From an uncultured virus (IMG/VR IMGVR_UViG_3300016657_000021) (taxonomy: Duplodnaviria; Heunggongvirae; Uroviricota; Caudoviricetes): a stretch of 64,000 nt of DNA. Numbering within the stretch: the first letter of the stretch is position 1; every line of letters begins with the position of its first letter. The notes under the pieces were generated by a model. It searched no databases. It saw nothing but the letters and a program-made list of their open reading frames with translations, and was not told the DNA's origin. The stretch spans positions 1 to 64,000 of the IMG/VR virus record IMGVR_UViG_3300016657_000021. One strand, given 5' to 3'. This document shows positions 49,942 to 56,160 of this stretch, piece by piece. A program made the translations under genes and the position numbers.

Positions 49942-50751
49942 TTATTTCAAGTTGATAAACGGAACTGCACCGCCAGCGCTCGTGACGGGCAGCTTGCCGT
50001 CCCACTTCTCGATGGCCTTCAGCTCAACATACTCCTTGCCGCCCTGCGCTGCGATTGCCTGCGCCTTGATGCGAATAGCATCGGCATCGCCCTGCGCTTC
50101 GACACGCTTGCGCTCTGCTTCAGCCTTCGCCAACTCGACTTCTTTTTGCTTTGCAGCAATCTGGAAGTTGCGGTTTGCCGCCTCCTTGATCGCACGCTCC
50201 AGCGCCGGGTCGGTCACAAGGTTGCGTACATTAGCAGATCGGACGAAGAACCAGCCTTTTCCCACGGACGCGTCGAGGTCTTTCTGCAACAGGTCTACGA
50301 TCTTCGCGGCGATGGCTGTGCGCTCCATATGCACCGTGTCGGAGCCGTACTCGCTGATGACGTTGTAGATGGTTTCGCGTGCCTGACGGATGACGTAGTT
50401 GTTGCCGACGCGCACGCCTTCTTCGTGCGCGTACTCGGTTAAGTCTCCCGGCCAACGCGTGATGATGGCTGCGGCTTTGTTCGGGTCGATCTGGTAGAAG
50501 ATGTCGATGTCGAGATCGGCAAGCGTGATCTTGTCTTTTGTCTGCGGCTTCATGTCTTGCAGCGACAGGCCGAGTTCTTTGGCGCTTACTTCGGTGACGC
50601 GCTTGAACATCGTGAAGTACACGCCCGGAGGCATGGTTTCGGTCTTCACTTGACCGAGGGTGGATTCCACACCGATGTTGCCGGTGTCGATCTGCGTACA
50701 GGCGGTGAGCGAAGTCACCATTGCCAATACTGCCCAAGTGCTTTTCTGCAT
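49942..50751 (-). CDS. SPFH/band-7 (prohibitin-like) lipoprotein
   Basis: Lipobox SLTAC; IDTGNIGV...G; AEA coiled coil; IEKWDGKLP. Confidence 0.85.
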   Translation of the reverse strand: MQKSTWAVLAMVTSLTACTQIDTGNIGVESTLGQVKTETMPPGVYFTMFKRVTEVSAKELGLSLQDMKPQTKDKITLADLDIDIFYQIDPNKAAAIITRWPGDLTEYAHEEGVRVGNNYVIRQARETIYNVISEYGSDTVHMERTAIAAKIVDLLQKDLDASVGKGWFFVRSANVRNLVTDPALERAIKEAANRNFQIAAKQKEVELAKAEAERKRVEAQGDADAIRIKAQAIAAQGGKEYVELKAIEKWDGKLPVTSAGGAVPFINLK

Positions 50752-50764
50752 TTGCTTCTCCTGT

Positions 50765-50956
50765 TTAAAGAATATTGATTGCGCGGTTGTAGAACATGAC
50801 AAACAACGCGCCAGTGATGAGCGCCAGAATGATGCCGACTCCTGCTACGTGGCGCTTGGTGAACCGCTTGAACGTACGCTTATCGCGCTTCGCTGCATAC
50901 GACCACACGAAGTAAAACGACAGCGAGAACAGCAGGAGCATTACGAAGTGCTTCAT
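50765..50956 (-). CDS. small two-TM membrane protein
   Basis: Two hydrophobic segments; GGAGAAGCA SD. Confidence 0.7.
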   Translation of the reverse strand: MKHFVMLLLFSLSFYFVWSYAAKRDKRTFKRFTKRHVAGVGIILALITGALFVMFYNRAINIL

Positions 50957-51044
50957 TGCTTCTCCGTTAAAGGTGGGGTACTCAGCTGGTTATCCTTACC
51001 CACAGTTAATAAAATTACCCGTGTGCCTTTCCCCCGTGACTCAC

Positions 51045-52031
51045 TTACTCTTCATCGTCCCAGTCAGCAACGATGTCGGCCAGTGCCGACTTCTTCTCCG
51101 GAACCGCGTTGGTCTTCACAGACTCTTTGCGAACTTCCGGCTCGCCGTCATCTTCAACGACTTCAGCTTTGGCCTTCTTGGTGGCTTTCTTTTTCGTCTC
51201 AGCGACGGCAGCAGCTTCGTCTTCGTCGAATGCTTCAGCGACAGTCTGCTTCGCGGCTTTCGGTGCCGAACCTGTAAGGGCAGGTGCAGCGGCGGGCTTA
51301 GCGCCATCAACCTGCGCCGGAGTCATGACGATGGCCTTCTTTGCATCCGTCGTTTCAGCTTGACGCAGCACAATCTCGTACTCGTCATCGGTCAGCCAGC
51401 GCATCGGCTGGAAGAACAGCTTGGGGGCTTCTGCTGCGGTATCGAAGCGCATGCGGGTGACGATCTGCTCCGGGTTGATCGGCGGGGTCTGCGCGGCCAG
51501 ATAGCGTGCAAACGCTTGCAGCGGGCGCTTGTCGCCTTCTTCCTTGCCGAAGATCGACGTAGCAGGCAGCGTCAGCTGCATCACGTCACCGTCCGGGTTG
51601 TTCGCCAGCACCACAGCGAGGCGCTGCTGGTAGCGGCATGCACGGCTGTTTTTCTGGCCGGAACCTGCGACGTTCTGCGGGCAGCTCATGCAAGCGCTGG
51701 CTTGCGGGTTCTCGATGGATGCGTCCGGCTTCTCACCGTCGTTCGACCAGCAGTCCGGTGCAGTCGGGGTAGCATCGGCATCGTACTTCGCCATGTAGAA
51801 CGTACGGGCGACTTTCGGCGCTGCCTTGACGATGATGACATCCAGATGGCGGTCATCAATAGCGCCCACCTGCTCGCCGTTGGCGATGAGGCGGAACACA
51901 CCACCCTTGATCGAAATGCGCTTGCTGTTGCTGCCGCCGCCGGTAAGGGCTTTTGCGGTATCCGACAGGGCGTTGTTGCGTGCGAATGCCGGGACGTTAG
52001 CGGAGGGGTTGAATACGGCTACGTTGCTCAT
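51045..52031 (-). CDS. putative single-stranded DNA-binding protein
   Basis: RISIKGG.F, PDCWS.DG..P, CxxCP.N..GS...AC; acidic C-terminus DWDDEE. Confidence 0.65.
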   Translation of the reverse strand: MSNVAVFNPSANVPAFARNNALSDTAKALTGGGSNSKRISIKGGVFRLIANGEQVGAIDDRHLDVIIVKAAPKVARTFYMAKYDADATPTAPDCWSNDGEKPDASIENPQASACMSCPQNVAGSGQKNSRACRYQQRLAVVLANNPDGDVMQLTLPATSIFGKEEGDKRPLQAFARYLAAQTPPINPEQIVTRMRFDTAAEAPKLFFQPMRWLTDDEYEIVLRQAETTDAKKAIVMTPAQVDGAKPAAAPALTGSAPKAAKQTVAEAFDEDEAAAVAETKKKATKKAKAEVVEDDGEPEVRKESVKTNAVPEKKSALADIVADWDDEE

Positions 52032-52047
52032 GTTGTGTTTTCCTTTG

Positions 52048-52326
52048 TTAAATAACGATGTTCCAGTCTTCTGCCAGCATATCCGTTTGGCTGGCAAGCC
52101 ATCCGGGAAGCATGGCGCGGCGACCTTCGGCGTTTACTGTCCACATGTCAATGTGCGGCAGAATTTCAGTTGCCAGCACACCCGCCTTGAAATAGGCGCT
52201 GCCTTCCGTAGTACTTACCATCGGTGTGCCGGGCACAAGAATCAACCACATGCCCTTACCGTTCCATCCGGTTCGGGCAACTTTTTTGCCGTCTTTAAGA
52301 GCGGCAATGGCTTCTCCAAAGTTCAT
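52048..52326 (-). CDS. DUF2829 family protein (Tad2-like anti-defence candidate)
   Basis: MNFGEAI.ALK.GKKVAR.GWNGKGM...W.ASQTDMLAEDW. Confidence 0.85.
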   Translation of the reverse strand: MNFGEAIAALKDGKKVARTGWNGKGMWLILVPGTPMVSTTEGSAYFKAGVLATEILPHIDMWTVNAEGRRAMLPGWLASQTDMLAEDWNIVI

Positions 52327-52333
52327 ACAGTTC

Positions 52334-52747
52334 TCACTTGGTGGGTTTGGTGACGCGGATTTCGAACTCGGTACGGGAGTTCATACCGGGCGGGACAAGC
52401 CCCGGATTTTCTTCAAGAAACTTTCCCATGTTGCCTTGGGCGATACGCTTCTCCAGCAAGTCCACGACTTCGTGCTCGATGATGAACTTCTTGAACGAGT
52501 CCCAGTCTTGCGTTTCGTAGCGGGTCTTGGTCATCAGCGTGACCGTACCGGACTCGGTACGTACGGATGTGCTGCCCATAGCTCGCATGAGATCCTTCAT
52601 CGCAAACTTGATCTCTTCCTGCTGCGCCTTGAGCGTCTCCACTTTCGTGTCGTACTCCTGCGTCAGCGTGTCGATCTGCATCTTGATCTTGCGATAGACC
52701 TTGGCGAGCTTGTCCAGCGGGATAGGTACTTCTACGCTATCGGACAC
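52334..52747 (-). CDS. conserved phage hypothetical protein (coiled coil)
   Basis: SVRT..GT...DWDSF...LLEKRI pattern; AGGAGAAGCA SD. Confidence 0.75.
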   Translation of the reverse strand: MSDSVEVPIPLDKLAKVYRKIKMQIDTLTQEYDTKVETLKAQQEEIKFAMKDLMRAMGSTSVRTESGTVTLMTKTRYETQDWDSFKKFIIEHEVVDLLEKRIAQGNMGKFLEENPGLVPPGMNSRTEFEIRVTKPTK

Positions 52748-52782
52748 TTGCTTCTCCTATTGGTTTTTGTCTAGGGTTTGAC

Positions 52783-52811
52783 AGATTACTGCTGTTTTTT
52801 GACGTTTGCAA
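52783..52811 (-). promoter_or_regulatory. sigma70-like promoter
   Basis: TTGCAA-17nt-TAATCT upstream of 52747. Confidence 0.55.
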
Positions 52812-52820
52812 CCCCCTTTC

Positions 52821-53327
52821 TCAAATTTTTACTGCGTGCGTATGCAGCGCAGTTTCCGCTGCTTTTCTTGCGTCAATCGCCTCCTGCATGCTAGAAAAGC
52901 AACCGAGCAGCACTATGCGCCCCTCGTGCTGTATGCGAGCACGCCACTTTTTCATACGCTTGTTCCATCCAACGCCCTTAACCCCGGTGAGGCTGTTTGC
53001 GTATGCTTTCTTGTTTTGCTGGTTTTCACCGTGTGTAGCTTCGCGCAAGTTGTTAATACGATTGTTACTTGGGTTACGGTCTATGTGGTCTAAAAACCCT
53101 GCGGGGGCTTCACCGTACACATATACCCACGCAATACGATGCAACTTGTAGTCTGCGCCGTCGATGCGTATGTACCAGTAGCCAGTGCTATGTCTCCAGC
53201 CTGCGACAGTTCCGGCACGACGTGTTCCTCGCGATACACGCCAAGTGAAGCACCCCGTTGAAGCGTCGTAGTGCAGCAGCTCGCGAATACGCTCGGCAGG
53301 CGGTAAGGGTGTTAGTTTGCGCGACAT
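52821..53327 (-). CDS. HNH homing endonuclease with AP2-like domain
   Basis: HRIAW...LDHIDRNPSNNRINNLR; TGVKGV.W....KWRARI. Confidence 0.9.
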   Translation of the reverse strand: MSRKLTPLPPAERIRELLHYDASTGCFTWRVSRGTRRAGTVAGWRHSTGYWYIRIDGADYKLHRIAWVYVYGEAPAGFLDHIDRNPSNNRINNLREATHGENQQNKKAYANSLTGVKGVGWNKRMKKWRARIQHEGRIVLLGCFSSMQEAIDARKAAETALHTHAVKI

Positions 53328-53337
53328 ATGCGCCCTT

Positions 53338-54900
53338 TCACGATTTAATTTCGGTTTTGAACAGGTCTGTTAGCAAACCGTTATCAGATACCTTGCCTTC
53401 CAGCGCCTTGAACATGCGCTTTTCCACAGGGCTTCCCTGAATGTGCACGACCGTCACCTTGTCGGAATTCTGCCCCTTACGGTCAGCGCGAGCGATGCAC
53501 TGGATATATTGCTCAACAGACATCAACGGGCCGTAGAACACCACCGTGTCAGCAGCTGTCAGCGTAATGCCGTGGGCGGTGGCCGCAGGCTGCATAACCA
53601 GCACACGCGGGTTTGGCGTGGTCTGGAAGCGCTGAATGATGTCCGCCCGTTTCGTGGCAGTAACATCGCCGTGAATCGCTTCGTTGGCTATGCCGTGCTT
53701 GGTCAGGTACGTCTGGATCGTGTCGATGGTGTTGCGGAACAGCGCGAACACAATAACCTTGCGTTCGGTTTCTTCCAGCACTTCGCTCAAGACAGACAGG
53801 CGCGGGGATGCGTCGAACTCGATCACTTCACCATCGTCTGTGTACGCAGCGCCTGCGGAAATCTGCAACAGCTTCGACACGCTTGCTGCCGCATTGACTG
53901 CGGAGATCGTCTCGCCTGCTGCCTGCACCAGCATCTTCTCTTTCAGCAGGTTGTAGTACTTGGCCTGCTGTGGTGTCAGCGGAACCTCTCGCGTCATCGT
54001 GATGACTGGCGGCAAGTCGAGGCACTGGTCTTTGGTGAAGCGAATGGCCGGTTGCAGCGCTTCGTGCACAACCTGTACTGCGTTGGGCTTGGACTGCCAC
54101 TTGAACTGCGTGGCCTTGTACATCACCTTGTCGCGCCATGCGGTGAAGAAGTTCGGCACGCCCGTCGGGTTCACGAGCTTGGCAAGACCGTACGCATCAA
54201 CAGGCGACTGCGATGCCGGCGTTCCCGTCATCATCCACAGATGCGTCTTCGGGCCAATGATTGACTTCAGTGCCTTCCAGCGCTTGGTCGTGACCGTCTT
54301 GTACGCATTGGCTTCATCAACGATGATGAGATCAAACCGACCGTCGTTCTTCACCTCGTCTGCGATCAGGTTCAACCCGTCGTAGTTGGCGATGACAAAC
54401 TCGTAGTCCTGCTGAACCATCTCGATGCGGCGACTAGCCTGCGCATGGTGCGCCACGATAGCGGAACGATGAATGATGGAGCTGTTCAGGTCGTTCATCC
54501 ACGCGCTGTGCATGATCGACAGCGGGCACAAGATAAGGCAACGGCGTACGTCGCCGCGCTGCATCAGGTAATCCGCCGCCCAAAGCGCCGAGAGGGTTTT
54601 GCCGGTGCCGGGTTCTGAAAAGACAAACGCTTTCTTGTGGAGCGTAAGGAACGAAGCAGTCTCAATTTGATGCGCCATCGGTTTGAACTTGCCGGGCCAA
54701 GCGTATCGTCTAACAATCGGAGAAGGGACGTTTTTAACGCCAAGGTTCTTGAGAACCCGCGCTTCGTCAAGCCCCCAATAAACCGCAACCTCTGCCGCTC
54801 CATCTGGGTACTCCTTTACGATCTTGTGCTTGGGAATAACACGGTATTTATCCGGGCTGCGCGTCCTGAACAGCAGCGCTTTGTCGTCGATGATTTGCAT
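53338..54900 (-). CDS. SNF2-family (SF2) helicase
   Basis: EPGTGKT, DEAN, TGTP, HGITLT, Q..AR..R.GQ. Confidence 0.9.
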   Translation of the reverse strand: MQIIDDKALLFRTRSPDKYRVIPKHKIVKEYPDGAAEVAVYWGLDEARVLKNLGVKNVPSPIVRRYAWPGKFKPMAHQIETASFLTLHKKAFVFSEPGTGKTLSALWAADYLMQRGDVRRCLILCPLSIMHSAWMNDLNSSIIHRSAIVAHHAQASRRIEMVQQDYEFVIANYDGLNLIADEVKNDGRFDLIIVDEANAYKTVTTKRWKALKSIIGPKTHLWMMTGTPASQSPVDAYGLAKLVNPTGVPNFFTAWRDKVMYKATQFKWQSKPNAVQVVHEALQPAIRFTKDQCLDLPPVITMTREVPLTPQQAKYYNLLKEKMLVQAAGETISAVNAAASVSKLLQISAGAAYTDDGEVIEFDASPRLSVLSEVLEETERKVIVFALFRNTIDTIQTYLTKHGIANEAIHGDVTATKRADIIQRFQTTPNPRVLVMQPAATAHGITLTAADTVVFYGPLMSVEQYIQCIARADRKGQNSDKVTVVHIQGSPVEKRMFKALEGKVSDNGLLTDLFKTEIKS

Positions 54901-54915
54901 TTGCTTCCCCGGTAT

Positions 54916-55152
54916 TTATTTCTTATCTCCACGGTTTGATTTAACGCTACGCACGCGCAGATTACTGCGTGCAGAAGTGCCGCCGTCTTTGAGCGCCAGC
55001 TTGTGATCGACATCCTTGCCGTCGCCTTTACTCACTGCGCCTTCCTTCTCCATGATGCGCCGCGCCTTCACACGTTCAGCGCGGTTCTTGATCTGCTCGG
55101 GTTTGCCGTGGTACTCGGCATACTCTTTTTTGTAGTCACGTTTGGTTGCCAT
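54916..55152 (-). CDS. small HNH protein
   Basis: DVDHKLALKDGG....NLRV....NR; GAGGA SD at ATG 55152. Confidence 0.8.
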   Translation of the reverse strand: MATKRDYKKEYAEYHGKPEQIKNRAERVKARRIMEKEGAVSKGDGKDVDHKLALKDGGTSARSNLRVRSVKSNRGDKK

Positions 55153-55159
55153 GTTTTCC

Positions 55160-55825
55160 TCAATGCCTCGGATGATTTTCACAAGAAGTGACCGGACACC
55201 AAGGGCACAGCGGTGACGGTCGCGGGTTCCATACTCCTGTTGCATGCGCTTGTTCGATGCGGGCAATGCGCTCCCGGTAATCCCACCATGCGGGGTCAGA
55301 GTCTTCAACGGTATAGGAAGCCTTAACCATGTCGTTCTTGACCACGAACAGCAATGCTGCGTTTACTTTGCGGATGTGCGGGAAGTGAGCAAAGACCATC
55401 AGGGCCATGAGCTTCAGCTGCTCGCGATCCGGATACTTGTTGTTGCCGGTTTTGTAGTCCACCACCCACGCCGTCAGATTGTCATCGTCAACGATAAGCA
55501 AGTCGGCAATGCCTCGAACCCATGTGTCTTTCGCCCGCCAATCACACGGTCTCAGGTCAGAGGTTAGCGCCATCTTGTACTCGCAGAGCTTGCGCCCCGG
55601 TCGTGCGTTAAGCGCATCGAGCGTGTCTTTGACAAACGCAAACTGTTCGGGCAACTGCTTGCCATCACGGATGTATTCTTCAGCCGCTTTGTGTAGCTCG
55701 TTGCCGTACTTGGTCTGCTCTGTCTCTTGAAACGGAAACTTCTTCAGCACCCGCACTTCGTAGTACCTACGGGCACAGCCCTCGTAATCCTTGAGGGCTG
55801 TGTGACTCCACACTACTTTACTCAT
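55160..55825 (-). CDS. PD-(D/E)XK (Cas4/RecB-like) exonuclease
   Basis: G..LH, RGIAD, VDYKTG, QL, C-terminal CPWC...C. Confidence 0.9.
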   Translation of the reverse strand: MSKVVWSHTALKDYEGCARRYYEVRVLKKFPFQETEQTKYGNELHKAAEEYIRDGKQLPEQFAFVKDTLDALNARPGRKLCEYKMALTSDLRPCDWRAKDTWVRGIADLLIVDDDNLTAWVVDYKTGNNKYPDREQLKLMALMVFAHFPHIRKVNAALLFVVKNDMVKASYTVEDSDPAWWDYRERIARIEQAHATGVWNPRPSPLCPWCPVTSCENHPRH

Positions 55826-56151
55826 TCAAACCTCGCAGACTTAACAGCGTTGTACAGGCGGCTGGCAAACTCGGTGACAAACGCTTCGTCTTCGTTGAGC
55901 CTGTGCCGCCCCATGTCGAACAGGATTGCATGCGTCAGCTCGTGCCAGAACGAGTCGCCCATCTGATCCTCAGTGAACTTGCGTCCGGTCTTGTTGCTGC
56001 GCTGCCCTATCTCGATCTTGCGTCGGTCGTAATGCACACGCGCCATGTCGCCGCGTTGGATCATCGTCTCTACTATGTCGATGGAGTACCGCTTCTTGCC
56101 GACGCGAATGCTTCGCGGTAGCTCCAACCTTCGTCGTGTTCTGTGGTTCAT
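55822..56151 (-). CDS. small HExxH metallopeptidase-like protein
   Basis: FWHELTHAIL...E motif. Confidence 0.7.
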   Translation of the reverse strand: MNHRTRRRLELPRSIRVGKKRYSIDIVETMIQRGDMARVHYDRRKIEIGQRSNKTGRKFTEDQMGDSFWHELTHAILFDMGRHRLNEDEAFVTEFASRLYNAVKSARFE

Positions 56152-56160
56152 GCTTCTCCT

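Noticed and set aside
55160..55825. Cas4-like gene as evidence of CRISPR-Cas
   Set aside because: Stand-alone PD-(D/E)XK exonucleases are routine in phage replication modules; no array or other cas genes.
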